DNA of 64,000 nucleotides. It comes from Ranitomeya imitator (Eukaryota). This document shows positions 1-12,134 of the stretch, in pieces; the first letter of the stretch is position 1, and each line of letters opens with the position of its first letter. Position numbers and translations under genes: made by a program. The notes beneath the pieces are model-generated. The model did no database searches and was not told the DNA's origin. It saw only the letters and a program-made list of their open reading frames with translations. The stretch covers positions 690,990,001 through 691,054,000 of the forward strand of contig NC_091286.1 in NCBI RefSeq assembly GCF_032444005.1, in the 5' to 3' direction.

Positions 1-1804
1 AGAACACCTTGGAGTGGAACACACCATCTCTCTACACCCCATACCCAATTTGTAGGCCTAATGCAGTGTAGTTTCCAACAACTACTAAACGAGAGCATGA
101 AGATCGAAGCATTGGCGAGGAAACCTGGGGAAGACCTTGGATTGGAACACACCATCTCTCTACACCCCATACCCAATTTGTAGGCCTAATGCAGCGTAGT
201 TTCCAACAACTACTAAACGAGAGCCGGAAGATCGAAGCTCAGGAAAGGCAACCTGGAGAACACCTTGGAGTGGAACACACCATCTCTCTACACCCCATAC
301 CCAATTTGTAGGCCTAATGCAGTGTAGTTTCCAACAACTACTAAACGAGAGCCGGAAGATCGAAGCTCAGGAAAGGCAACCTGCAAAAGACCTTGGAGTG
401 GAACACACCATCTCTCTACACCCCATACCCAATTTGTAGGCCTAATGCAGTGTAGTTTCCAACAACTACTAAACGAGAGCATGAAGATCGAAGCTCAGGA
501 AAGGCAACCTGGAGAACACCTTGGAGTGGAACACACCATCTCTCTACACCCCATACCCAATTTGTAGGCCTAATGCAGTGTAGTTTCCAACAACTACTAA
601 ACGAGAGCATGAAGATCGAAGCATTGGCGAGGAAACCTGGGGAACACCTTGGAGTGGAACACACCATCTCTCTACACCCCATACCCAATTTGTAGGCCTA
701 ATGCAGCGTAGTTTCCAACAACTACTAAACGAGAGCCGGAAGATCGAAGCTCAGGAAAGGCAACCTGGAGAACACCTTGGAGTGGAACACACCATCTCTC
801 TACACCCCATACCCAATTTGTAGGCCTAATGCAGTATAGTTTCCAACAACTACTAAACGAGAGCCGGAAGATCGGAGCTCAGGAAAGGTAACCTGGAGAA
901 CACCTTGGAGTGGAACACACCATCTCTCTACACCCCATACCCAATTTGTAGGCCTAATGCAGCGTAGTTTCCATCAACTACTAAACGAGAGCCGGAAGAT
1001 CGAAGCTCAGGAAAGGCAACCTGGAGAACACCTAGGAGTGGAACACACCATCTCTCTACACCCCATACCCAATTTGTAGGCCTAATGCAGTGTAGTTTCC
1101 AACAACTACTAAACGAGAGCATGAAGATCGAAGCTCAGGAAAGGCAACCTGGAGAACACCTTGGAGTGGAACACACCATCTCTCTACACCCCATACCCAA
1201 TTTGTAGGCCTAATGCAGCGTAGTTTCCATCAACTACTAAACGAGAGCCGGAAGATCGAAGCTCAGGAAAGGCAACCTGGAGAACACCTAGGAGTGGAAC
1301 ACACCATCTCTCTACACCCCATACCCAATTTGTAGGCCTAATGCAGTGTAGTTTCCAACAACTACTAAACGAGAGCATGAAGATCGAAGCTCAGGAAAGG
1401 CAACCTGGAGAACACCTTGGAGTGGAACACACCATCTCTCTACACCCCATACCCAATTTGTAGGCCTAATGCAGTGTAGTTTCCAACAACTACTAAACGA
1501 GAGCATGAAGATCGAAGCTCAGGAAAGGCAACCTGGAGAACACCTTGGAGTGGAACACACCATCTCTCTACACCCCATACCCAATTTGTAGGCCTAATGC
1601 AGTGTAGTTTCCAACAACTACTAAACGAGAGCCGGAAGATCGGAGCTCAGGAAAGGTAACCTGGAGAACACCTTGGAGTGGAACACACCATCTCTCTACA
1701 CCCCATACCCAATTTGTAGGCCTAATGCAGTGTAGTTTCCAACAACTACTAAACGAGAGCATTAAGATCGAAGCAATGTCGAGGAAACCTGGGGCACACC
1801 TTGG
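1..1804. repeat. 128-bp tandem array (~14 units, runs off the window start)
   Basis: Unit AGAACACCTTGGAGTGGAACACACCATCTCTCTACACCCCATACCCAATTTGTAGGCCTAATGCAG... recurs every 128 bp. Near-identical spurious ORFs are offset by 128 (288, 416; 1184, 1312). Confidence 0.97.
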
Positions 1805-2099
1805 GGAGGCAGACACCATTAGTAGGCCCTTCCAAAGTTGTACCCCCAATGCAGTTTTAAAATTCCTAGAGGCTGAAAACAAGACTATTGACGCTCAGCA
1901 TTTTTCAAAGGAACACAGCTGAATTGAGTGGCGCAGACAGACACAGGTAGTAGGACTTAACCGAAAAATGTGGCTCACTGCAGCTTAAAAAAGTTACAGG
2001 GGTACACAAGCAGCAGTGCTCTGGGCAGTGGAGGACAATTTCAATAGTGGACCGCAGACAGACTTTGTACGCCTACTATTAAAAAAATGATGCTCTATG

Positions 2100-3540
2100 C
2101 AATTAAAAATAGGTTCCAGGGGTCCACGGGCAGCAGTGGTGTGGTCAGTGGACGAGTATTGGAAGGAGGGACCGCAGACAGGCGTAGTAGGCCTAACATA
2201 ACAAAATTAGGCTGTAGACACTGTAAAATTGGTTCCAGGGGTACACGGGCAGCAGTGGTGTGGTCAGCGGAGGAAAATTGGAATTAGGGACTGCAGACAG
2301 ACTTTGTAGGCTGTCCCCTGTGGACCATGCATCCAACACATTAACCCAGTGCGCCGTAATGGACACGTAACTTTTTGTGGACATGCCTACTGGTCCATGC
2401 GTCTCTTGTCAGGTGCACCTTTCTACTGTTTGATTGCCTGAGTGCTATGACAATGCAGACTTTTTCATGCCGGTGGAGGGCTGGGATGACTTTTCTCGCA
2501 AAAGAAATGTCGACTGGGTAGCTTGAACCGTTGCACAGCGTAGTTCATCTGGGCTTTCTAAATATAAAACAAAGAAGAAAAGGAGGCTACATGCACTTTC
2601 AGCTGGGTTCCAGGGGTACACGGCCAGCATTGGTCTGGTCAGTGGAGAACTATTGGAAGGAGTGACCGCAAACAGGCATCGAAGGCCTAACATAATAACA
2701 CATTGCTGTTGGCAATTTTAAATTGGTTCCAGGGGTACACGGGCAGCAGTGGTGTGGTCAGTGGAGGCCTAGTGAAAGGAGTGACCGCAGACAGGCATCG
2801 AAGGCCTAAAATAATAACACATGGCTGTAGGCAATTTTAAATTGGTTCCAGGGGTACACGGGCAGCAGTGGCCTGGTCAGTGTAGTAGTAGTAGAAAGAA
2901 CGGACCGCAGACAGGTATCGAAGGCCTAAAATAAAAAAATTGGGCTGGCTGTAGGCAATTTTAAATTGGTTCCAGGGGTACACGGGCAGCAGTGGTGTGG
3001 TCAGTGGAGGCCTAGTGGAAGGAGTGACCATAGACAGGCATCGAAGGCCTAAAATAATAACACATGGCTGTAGGCAATTTTAAATTGGTTCCAGGGGTAC
3101 ACGGGCAGCAGTGGTGTGGTCAGTGGATGCCTAGTGGAAGGAGTGACCGCAGACAGGCATCGAAGGCCTAAAATAAAAAAATTGGGCTGGCTGTAGGCAA
3201 TTTTAAATTGGTTCCAGGGGTACACGGGCAGCAGTGGTGTGGTCAGTGGAGGCCTAGTGGAAGGAGTGACCGCAGACAGGCATCGAAGGCCTAAAATAAT
3301 AACACATGGCTGTAGGCAATTTTAAATTGGTTCCAGGGGTACACGGGCAGCAGTGGCCTGGTCAGTGTAGTAGTAGTAGAAAGAACGGACCGCAGACAGG
3401 CATCGAAGGCCTAAAATAAAAAAATTGGGCTGTCTGTAGGCAATTTTAAATTGGTTCCAGGGGTACACGGGCAGCAGTGGTGTGGTCAGTGGAGGCATAG
3501 TGGACGGAGTGACCGCAGACAGGCTTCGAAGGCCTAACAA
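2100..3540. repeat. ~120-bp tandem array with higher-order structure
   Basis: GGTTCCAGGGGTACACGGGCAGCAGTGG recurs about every 120 bp. The variant unit containing GTAGTAGTAGTAGAAAGAACGG recurs 485 bp apart (4-mer HOR). Interrupted at 2311-2558. Confidence 0.93.
2311..2558 (-). pseudogene. Diverged duplicate fragment of the hAT transposase catalytic region
   Basis: Translates YVSITAHWVNVLDAWSTGDS, versus YVSITAHWVNVVDAGSTGDS in the main ORF. The DNA aligns by eye, with indels, to 11087-11331. Confidence 0.88.
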
Positions 3541-4004
3541 AATAAAAATGTCAATACAATGGTATTGTCAGTGGCAGGCATTGAAGGATGTCAGCGCATA
3601 GACTAAACATTGGTGGAGCTGTGAGATCATTTTGCAAGTGGTAGAGCACTGTTTGAGCTGGGGGGGGGAAACTGTCTTGTCGCCGGCGGTACAGGCCCAG
3701 GCCCCTCATATTACAACGGTGTGTCTGACGTTGGGTGCGCACCACCACCGCCAGAGACACTTTATTGTACTAGGAGGGACCCAGTGGCAGTGCCATCGAC
3801 CAAAAGCGGGCACACCCACCTCTTCAGACAAACAGCACTCTCACGGGTGCTGTCGCCAAGTGTCGATACCACGGCCCCGTGTGGGGAGTTTGGCCATTTA
3901 GTGAGGTGTAAACATGTCGTATGCTGGACAATCAGGTGCAGAATATTACGAGATTGGAAAAGGCATTCAGAATAGTCCACAGGCAAGACCTTTTCATAGG
4001 AAAG

Positions 4005-4547
4005 CTAGGTGTCAGCCGGGCAAGGTGGGGCAAAAGATTTCGAAATCCAGTTGTGGTTCATTTTAATGAAGGTTAGATCATCTACATTTTGGGTAGCCAG
4101 ACGAGTCCTTTTTTCTGTTAGTATTGAACCTGCAGCACTGAATACTCTTTCTGATAGGACACTAGCTGCCGGGCAAGCAAGCTCCTGCAATGCATATTCT
4201 GCCAATTCTGGCCAGGTGTCTAATTTTGATGCCCAGTAATCAAATGGGAATGACGGTTGAGGGAGAACATCGATAAGGGATGAAAAATAGTTTGTAACCA
4301 TACTGGACAAATGTTGTCTCCTGTCACTTTGAATTGATGCTGCAGTACCTGTCCTGTCTGCGGTCATAGCAAAATCACTCCACAACCTGGTCAGAAAACC
4401 CCTCTGTCCAACGCCACTTCTGATTTCTGCCCCTCTAACTCCTCTGGTCTGCTGGCCCCTGCAGCTCGTGTGAGAACGATCACGGGCGCTGTGTGCAGGG
4501 AATGCCAGAAGCAAACGGTCAACAAGAGTTGATTGTTTGGTTGCTAA
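4005..4547 (-). pseudogene. hAT transposase C-terminal part (hATC dimerisation domain)
   Basis: FDYWASKLDTWPELAEYALQELACPAASVLSERVFSAAG...KRTRL...LTFIKMN is the hATC signature. It is in frame with the 9803-12132 part once the L2 is removed. Confidence 0.93.
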
Positions 4548-4548
4548 T

Positions 4549-4581
<33 letters not shown>

Positions 4582-4864
4582 TTTTATTTATATAGCGCCA
4601 ACATATTCCGCAGCGCTTTACAAATTATAGAGGGGACTTGTACAGACAATAGACATTACAGCATAACAGAAATACAGTTCAAAACAGATACCAGGAGGAG
4701 TGAGGGCCCTGCTCGCAAGCTTACAAACTATGGGGAAAAGGGGAGACACGAGAGGTGGATGGTAACAAATGCTTTAGTTATTCGGACCAGCTATAGTGTA
4801 AGGCTCGGGTGTTCATGTAAAGCTGCATGAACCAGTATGTAGCAGTACAGACACAGAGGGCTAA

Positions 4865-6053
4865 GGCCATGTTCACACAGTGCGTTATTTACCGCGGAAC
4901 CACGGCGGTTTTGCCGCTGCGGTTTCGCAGCTGTTTTCCATGCAGGGTACAGTACACTGTACCCTATGGAAAACAGGACACACTGTGCACATGGTCCGGA
5001 AATTGTAAAAAAAAAGCCGCGCTGAATAGCTCCCGGAAAAAAGAAGGAGCATGTCAATTCTTCTTCCTGAACCGCAGCGGTTCTGCACCCATAGACCTCC
5101 ATTGTGAGGTCAAAATCGCAGTAAAACCCGCAGATCAAAAATATATCTGCGGGTTTTACTGCGATTTGATGTGCAGAACCGCTGCAGCAGGAAGTGCGGG
5201 GGAGCGGGCGGAAGTGCGTGGGCGGAGTGTGGCTGCCCCCCCCCGTGCTCCGATGCCCCCCCCGTGCTCCGATGCCCCCCCCAGTGCTCCGATGCCCCCC
5301 CCGTGCCCTAATCTCCCCCCCTTATACTTACCCGGCGTCCCGGTGTCCGTCCGGCCGTCTTCTCCCTGGGCGCCGCCATCTTGCAAAATGGCGGGCGCAT
5401 GCGCAGTGCGCCCGCCGAATCTGCCGGCCGGCAGATTCGCTCCAAAGTGCATTTTGATCACTGAGATATAACCTATCTCAGTGATCAAAATAAAAAAATA
5501 GTAAATGACACCCCCCCCACTTTGTCACCCCCATTGNNNNNNNNNNNNNNNNNNNNNNNNNNNNNNNNNNNNNNNNNNNNNNNNNNNNNNNNNNNNNNNN
5601 NNNNNNNNNNNNNNNNNNNNNNNNNNNNNNNNNNNNNNNNNNNNNNNNNNNNNNNNNNNNNNNNNNNNNNNNNNNNNNNNNNNNNNNNNNNNNNNNNNNN
5701 NNNNNNNNNNNNNNNNNNNNNNNNNNNNNNNNNNNNNNNNNNNNNNNNNNNNNNNNNNNNNNNNNNNNNNNNNNNNNNNNNNNNNNNNNNNNNNNNNNNN
5801 NNNNNNNNNNNNNNNNNNNNNNNNNNNNNNNNNNNNNNNNNNNNNNNNNNNNNTTAGCCCTAAAAAGCTTCCTAGGAAACACACAGTAAAAAAAGGATAA
5901 AAAAACGCATCAAAAAACGCATCAAAAAACGCATCAAAAACGCATCAAAAAAGGACAAAAAAAGGACCTGCGTTTTCTGCCAAGAGCTGCAGTTTTTTAA
6001 AAAAACTGTCCTGAAAAAAAAAGGATGGAAATCCTGAACGTGTGAACATACCC
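4865..6053. mobile_element. Composite PIF/Harbinger-type MITE in the L2 3' UTR (spans an assembly gap)
   Basis: TIRs GGCCATGTTCACAC / GTGTGAACATACCC and TAA duplication (4862-4864, 6054-6056). The internal part 5225-5536 is a reverse-complement homologue of 44252-44520. Confidence 0.7.
5537..5853. other. Assembly gap (N run)
   Basis: 317 N. Confidence 1.
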
Positions 6054-6143
6054 TAATACTGCACAAAGTGTACGAGAACATGATGCGAGGAATCTTTTTT
6101 TTTTTTTTTTTTTTTTTATTATAAATAGGCCACACAGGGATCA

Positions 6144-9100
6144 TTAGGTTAATGCATTGAGGCGGTAGGCCAGTCTGAACAAATGAGTTTTTAGGGTACG
6201 CTTAAAACTGTGGGGATTGGGGATTAATCGTATTAACCTAGGTAGTGCATTCCAAAGAATCGGCGCAGCACGTGTAAAGTCTTGGAGACGGGAGTGGGAG
6301 GTTCTGATTATTGAGGATGCTAACCTGAGGTCATTAGCGGAGCGGAGGGCACGGGTAGGGTGGTAGACTGATACCAGGGAGGAGATATAGGGTGGTGCTG
6401 AGCCATAGAGTGCTTTGTGGATGAGGGTAGTAGTTTTGTACTGGATTCTGGAGTGGATGGGTAGCCAGTGTAATGACTGGCACAGGGTAGAGGCATCGGT
6501 GTAACGGTTGGTGAGGAATATGATCCTGGCTGCAGCATTCAGGACAGATTGGAGCGGGGAGAGTTTGGTAAGAGGGAGGCCGATTAGTAGAGAGTTACAA
6601 TAGTCCAGACGAGAATGAATAAGTGAAACAGTAAGAGTTTTTGCAGAGTCGAAAGTAAGAAAAGGGCGAATTCTAGAAATGTTTTTGAGATGCAGGTAAG
6701 AAGAGCGAGCCAGTGATCGGATGTAGGGGGTGAATGAAAGGTCAGAATCAAGGATGACCCCAAGACAGCGGGCATGTTGCTTTGGAGTAATGGTGGAACC
6801 GCACACGGAGATGGCAATGTCAGGCAAAGGTAGGTTAGTAGAGGGAGAGAACACGAGGAGTTCAGTTTTTGACAGGTTTAGTTTCAGATAGAGGGAGGAC
6901 ATGATGTTAGAGACAGCGGTAAGACAATCACTGGTGTTTTCTAAAGAGGTCGGTGTGATATCAGGAGCAGAAGTATATAATTGGGTGTCGTCAGCATAGA
7001 GATGGTACTGGAAACCAAATCTACTGATTGTTTGTCCAATAGGGGCAGTATACAACGAGAAGAGGAGGGGGCCTAGGACTGATCCTTGAGGAACCCCAAC
7101 AGTAAGGGGAAGGTGAGAGGAGGAGGAACCAGCAAAACATACAGTGAAGGATAAGTCAGAGAGATGGGAGGAGAACCAGGAGAGAACGGTGTCCTTGAGG
7201 CCGATGGAGCGGAGCATAGTGAGGAGGAGCTGATGATCCACAGTGTCGAATGCTGCAGAGAGATCCAAGAGAATTAGCATGGAGTAGTGACCATTAGATT
7301 TAGCTGTTAGTAGGTCATTAGAGACTTTATTGAGGGCAGTTTCAGTAGAGTGTAAAGAGCGGAAGCCAGATTGAAGAGGGTCGAGAAGAGAGTTATCTGA
7401 GAGATAGCGGGTAAGACGGGAGTGGACCAGGCGTTCGAGGAGTTTAGAGATGAAGGGAAGATTAGAGACAGGTCTATAATTAGCGGCACAGTTTTGATCG
7501 AGGGATGGTTTTTTAAGTAATGGATGTATGATGGCATGCTTAAATGAGGAGGGAAAAATACCGGAAGTGAGGGAAAGGTTGAATATTTTTGTTAGGTGAG
7601 AGGTGACAGCCGGGGAAAGGGACTGGAGGAGATGTGACGGAATGGGGTCACTGGTGCAAGTGGTCGGGCGAGAAGATGCAAGGAGCCTGCTTACTTCTTC
7701 TTCTGTAACTGCTTCAAAGTCAAAGAGTGAACTAGATGCAGTGGGGGAGGGAGGACAGTGCATGGTATGAAGAGATTGGGAGATGATTTCCTGTCGAATG
7801 TGGTCAATTTTTTCTTTGAAGTAATTGGCCAGATCGTCAGCGCGGAGATCTGTGGTTGGGGCCTGCTCTCTTGGGTTGAGTAGGGACTGGAACGTGTCAA
7901 AGAGACGTTTAGGGTTATTGGACAGGGAGGTGATGAGGGTGTTGAAGTAGGTTTGTTTGAAGAGGTGAAGGGCAGAATTGTATGTCTTTAGCATGAACTT
8001 ATAATGGATGAAATCTTCGGGTAGATTAGATTTTCTCCACAGACGTTCTGCGCACCTGGAGCACCGCTGCAGGAAACGTGTTTGCAGCGTGTGCCACGGT
8101 TGTTGCCGTCTGTGCCGAGTTGTTTTATGTATAGGAGGAGCAGCTTCATCCAGAGCACTTTGCAGGGTTTCATTGTAATGCTTCAATGCAGAATCAGGAC
8201 ATGAGATGGAGGAGATAGGGGCCAATGACGACTGCAAGTTCTTCATAAGTTTCTGGGTGTTAATGGCCTGTATGTTTCTATAAGTGTGGAAAGTGGGGGT
8301 GACCTGAGCGGGATGGCAGTTCTTGATAGAGAATGAAAGAAGGTTGTGGTCAGAGAGCGGGAGAGGGGAGTTTGTGAAATCATCCACTGAGCAAAGTCGG
8401 GAGAAGACCAAGTCAAGGGAGTTTCCATCTTCATGTGTTGGAGAGTTAGTATGCTGCGAGAGGCCAAAAGAGGAGGATAGAGATAAAAGGTGAGAAGCAG
8501 ATGGGGAGAGGGGAGAGGCAATGGGGATGTTGAAATCACCCATGATAAGGGTGGGGGTGTCACAGGAGAGAAAGTGTGGAAGCCAGGTGGCAAAGTGATC
8601 CAGGAACTGATGAGAGGGGCCGGGAGGACGATACACCACTGCCACTCGCATGGAGAAGGGGACGTAGAGTCTGACCACATGGACCTCAAAGGAAGGGAAG
8701 ACAAGTGAAGGTACTTGGGGGATAACTTGGAAAGTACATTTGGGTGAAAGGAGCAGGCCAACGCCTCCACCTGCTCTGTTGTCTGATCTTGGGGTATGAG
8801 AAAAGTGTAGTCCACCATATGAAAGAGCAGCAGCAGCAGTGGTGTCTGACTGCTGGATCCAGGTTTCAGTAAGAGCCAGGAGATTAAGAGAATTAGAAAG
8901 GAAGAAGTCATGAATGAAGGAGAGTTTATTACACACAGAGCGAGAATTCCAAAGGGCACAATTGAAAGAGACAGAAGGCATGCAGGGAATATTAATAAGG
9001 TTAGAGGTGTTTCTGGGTGTAGCAATTGGGAGGTTTGACTGGCTATAACATGGGGGGCCGGGGTTTGGAGATATGTCTCCAGCGACTAGGAGAAGGAGGA

Positions 9101-9407
9101 TCGAAAGAGTGAGCAGATGGTTAAGTGATTTGTGAGAGCGTCTCTTGTGTTGGATGGTGGGACTGAATGGATCTGTGCTGTTAAGCAATGTGAAAAGAGC
9201 ATGAGTGCTATACATAGGAGAGGGAAGGACAGAGGGGCCGATATGGATGGAGTGTAGAGAGTTAATGCAAGGGCGGTGAATGTGAGTGAATGCGGCAGTC
9301 AGGATATAGATTATACAAATAAATATGGTGAGTATTTGTGCTGTTTCAAGTGAATATGGATTAGATTTAGATTGTCTTACCTGTCTCCTGCCCTGTCTAA
9401 CTGCCAT
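6144..9407 (-). CDS. L2 ORF2: apurinic-like endonuclease plus reverse transcriptase, 1087 aa, uninterrupted
   Basis: APE motifs ALWNSRS, LALTETW, VVYRPPG, IMGDFN, SDHNLL. RT motifs [46 protein letters not shown]. The ATG sits in a strong Kozak context (aacATGG). Confidence 0.97.
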   Translation of the reverse strand: MAVRQGRRQVRQSKSNPYSLETAQILTIFICIIYILTAAFTHIHRPCINSLHSIHIGPSVLPSPMYSTHALFTLLNSTDPFSPTIQHKRRSHKSLNHLLTLSILLLLVAGDISPNPGPPCYSQSNLPIATPRNTSNLINIPCMPSVSFNCALWNSRSVCNKLSFIHDFFLSNSLNLLALTETWIQQSDTTAAAALSYGGLHFSHTPRSDNRAGGGVGLLLSPKCTFQVIPQVPSLVFPSFEVHVVRLYVPFSMRVAVVYRPPGPSHQFLDHFATWLPHFLSCDTPTLIMGDFNIPIASPLSPSASHLLSLSSSFGLSQHTNSPTHEDGNSLDLVFSRLCSVDDFTNSPLPLSDHNLLSFSIKNCHPAQVTPTFHTYRNIQAINTQKLMKNLQSSLAPISSISCPDSALKHYNETLQSALDEAAPPIHKTTRHRRQQPWHTLQTRFLQRCSRCAERLWRKSNLPEDFIHYKFMLKTYNSALHLFKQTYFNTLITSLSNNPKRLFDTFQSLLNPREQAPTTDLRADDLANYFKEKIDHIRQEIISQSLHTMHCPPSPTASSSLFDFEAVTEEEVSRLLASSRPTTCTSDPIPSHLLQSLSPAVTSHLTKIFNLSLTSGIFPSSFKHAIIHPLLKKPSLDQNCAANYRPVSNLPFISKLLERLVHSRLTRYLSDNSLLDPLQSGFRSLHSTETALNKVSNDLLTAKSNGHYSMLILLDLSAAFDTVDHQLLLTMLRSIGLKDTVLSWFSSHLSDLSFTVCFAGSSSSHLPLTVGVPQGSVLGPLLFSLYTAPIGQTISRFGFQYHLYADDTQLYTSAPDITPTSLENTSDCLTAVSNIMSSLYLKLNLSKTELLVFSPSTNLPLPDIAISVCGSTITPKQHARCLGVILDSDLSFTPYIRSLARSSYLHLKNISRIRPFLTFDSAKTLTVSLIHSRLDYCNSLLIGLPLTKLSPLQSVLNAAARIIFLTNRYTDASTLCQSLHWLPIHSRIQYKTTTLIHKALYGSAPPYISSLVSVYHPTRALRSANDLRLASSIIRTSHSRLQDFTRAAPILWNALPRLIRLIPNPHSFKRTLKTHLFRLAYRLNALT
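9054..9140 (-). other. 2A-like (StopGo) peptide motif upstream of the APE domain
   Basis: [27 protein letters not shown], versus the consensus helix plus GD(V/I)ExNPG-P, with E replaced by [10 protein letters not shown] is at 9080-9054. Confidence 0.7.
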
Positions 9408-9802
9408 GTTATAACTGCCGAGTACTTAGAAAAAAAAGTACTTTGAATAAAAAATACACGAATAACAGTGCACGAATGCACCCCTGCACGAATGCATCCC
9501 CAAGCTAAGTCTACATTTATAGAAGGCTAGCCCTTAGATCTCTCTTTTTTTTTTTTTGGGTTAAAGCTCGTTAGCAATCAATCTAACTCAGTTGAGACAA
9601 CAGGACACAATAAATGTAGTGATCAGATAAACAAATGTCCAGGTCTACATGGATCATAAACCGCTTTGAAACAGTTATGTGATCTCTCTGAGTAAGGACA
9701 TGCAAAAGTGAGTTAAATATCTATAAACACAAACAAAGGCATAATAGGATGACTAACATATATAGATACATGCAGGATTCAATGCAATATTATTAATATT
9801 GC

Positions 9803-12132
9803 AATATTAGTTCCAAGTTCTCATGTGGCATTATATTTTGCAATTTGCCTTTATAGCGAGGATCAAGGAGGCAGGCCAACCAGTAATCGTCATCGTTCAT
9901 CATTTTAGTTATGCGTGTGTCCCTTTTGAGGATACGTAAGGCATAATCCGCCATGTGGGCCAAAGTTCCAGTTCTCAAATCTGCGGTTGTGCTTGGTTGA
10001 GGGGCAGTTTCTGGCAAATCCACGTCACTTGTGTCCCTCCAAAAACCAGAACCCGGCCTTGCCGCGCCACCAATTTCCAGTGGCCCCGGAAAAGCTTCCT
10101 CATTAAAAATATAATCATCCCCATCATCCTCCTCGTCCTCCTCCTCCTCTTCGCCCGCTAACTCGTCCTGTACACTGCCCTGGCCAGACAATGGCTGACT
10201 GTCATCAAGGCTTTCCTCTTCCTCTGCTGCAGACGCCTGATCCTTTATGTGCGTCAAACTTTGCATCAGCAGACGCATTAGGGGGATGCTCATGCATATT
10301 ATGGCGTTGTCTGCACTAACCAGCCGTGTGCATTCCTCAAAACACTGAAGGACTTGACACATGTCTTGAATCTTCGACCACTGCACACCTGACAACTCCA
10401 TGTCTGCCATCCTACTGCCTGCCCGTGTATGTGTATCCTCCCACAAAAACATAACAGCCCGCCTCTGTTCGCACAGTCTCTGAAGCATGTGCAGTGTTGA
10501 GTTCCACCTTGTTGCAACGTCTATGATTAGGCGATGCTGGGGAAGGTTCAAAGAACGCTGATAGGTCTGCATACGGCTGGAGTGTACGGGCGAACGGCGG
10601 ATATGTGAGCAAAGTCCACGCACTTTGAGGAGCAGGTCGGATAACCCCAGATAACTTTTCAGGAAGCACTGCACCACCAGGTTTAAGGTGTGAGCCAGGC
10701 AAGGAATGTGTTTCAGTTGGGAAAGGGAGATGGCAGCCATGAAATTCCTTCCGTTATCACTCACTACCTTGCCTGCCTCAAGATCTACAGTGCCCAGCCA
10801 CGACTGCGGTTCTTTCTGCAAGAACTCGGACAGAACTTCCGCGGTGTGTCTGTTGTCGCCCAAACACTTCATAGCCAATACAGCCTGCTGACGTTTGCCA
10901 GTAGCTGCCCCATAATGGGAGACCTGGTGTGCAACAGTGGCAGCTGCGGATGGAGTGGTTGTGCGACTGCGGTCTGTGGACGAGCTCTCGCTTCTGCAGG
11001 AGGACGAAGAGGAGGAGGAGGGGGTGCCAACGGCTACAGCCAACTGTTTCCTAGACCGTGGGCTAGGCAGAACTGTCCCAAACTTGCTGTCCCCTGTGGA
11101 CCCTGCATCCACAACATTCACCCAGTGTGCCGTGATGGACACGTAACGTCCCTGGCCATGCCTACTGGTCCATGCATCTGTTGTCAGGTGCACCTTTGTG
11201 CTCACAGATTGCCTGAGTGCATGGACGATGCGCTCTTTAACATGCTGGTGGAGGGCTGGGATGGCTTTTCTGGAAAAAAAGTGTCGACTGGGTAGCTCGT
11301 AGCGTGGTACAGCGTAGTCCATCAGGGCTTTGAAAGCTTCGCTTTCAACTAACCGGTAGGGCATCATCTCTAACGAGATTAGTCTAGCTATGTGGGCGTT
11401 CAAACCCTGTGTACGCGGATGCGAGGCTAAGTACTTCCTTTTTCTAACCATAGTCTCATGTAGGGTGAGCTGGACTGGAGAGCTGGAGATCGTGGAACTA
11501 GCGGGGGTGCCGGTGGACATGGCAGACTGAGAGACGGTGGGAGATGGTATTGTTGCCGCCGGTGCCCTAGATGCAGTGTTTCCTACTACGAAACTGGTGA
11601 TTCCCTGACCCTGACTGCTTTGGCCTGGCAAAGAAACCTGCACAGATACTGCAGGTGGTGCGGAAAATGGTGGCCCTACACTGCCGGAAGGGATGTTGCG
11701 TTGCTGACTAGCTTCATTGGCCGAGGGTGCTACAACCTTAAGGGACGTTTGGTAGTTAGTCCAGGCTTGCAAATGCATGGTGGTTAAATGTCTATGCATG
11801 CAACTTGTATTGAGACTTTTCAGATTCTGTCCTCTGCTTAAGGTAGTTGAACATTTTTGACAGATGACTTTGCGCTGATCAATTGGATGTTGTTTAAAAA
11901 AATGCCAGACTGCACTCTTTCTAACATCGGATACCTTTTCAGGCATTGCAGACTGAGCTTTAACCGGATGGCCACGCTGTCCTCCAACAGGTTTTGGCTT
12001 TGCCACGCGTTTTGGGCAAGATACGGGCCCGGCAGATGGAACCTGTTGCGATGTTGATGCCTGCTGCGGCCCCTCCTCCTCCGCTTCAGAACTGCTGCCG
12101 CCTGCACCCTGTTCCCCCAATGGCTGCCAATC
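9803..12132 (-). pseudogene. hAT transposase central part (BED finger plus DDE core)
   Basis: BED finger SAVWHFF...VICQKC...MHRHLTTMH; HLTTDAWTS; VSDNGRN; HIPCLAHTLNLVV (CxxH); DVATRWNST; LDPRYK. Confidence 0.95.
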
Positions 12133-12134
12133 GG

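Larger units (their letters stand above)
4546..9809 (-). mobile_element. Full-length L2-clade non-LTR retrotransposon inserted in the hAT transposase
   Basis: 3' end GCGCTATATAAATAAAAA(ATT)n on the minus strand at ~4552-4600, APE-RT ORF, ~395-bp leader, and a 7-bp duplication AATATTA at 4546-4552 and 9803-9809. Confidence 0.92.

Noticed and set aside
288-1922. Repeated 64-104-aa ORFs (MLSFSSCWKLH...)
   Set aside because: By-products of the 128-bp satellite; no protein motif.
1-3540. Regular arrays as a possible CRISPR locus
   Set aside because: Whole units repeat with no unique spacers, there are no cas genes, and the context is eukaryotic.
4537-4830. 97-aa ORF with poly-Asn
   Set aside because: Antisense translation of the L2 (ATT)n tail and 3' UTR.
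5478-5900. ORFs with X runs (also 43861-44312)
   Set aside because: Artefacts of translating through N gaps.
6320-9025. Shorter alternative-frame and antisense ORFs inside the L2 (likewise inside hAT, pol and Penelope ORFs)
   Set aside because: Shadow frames of long coding sequence; no independent motifs.
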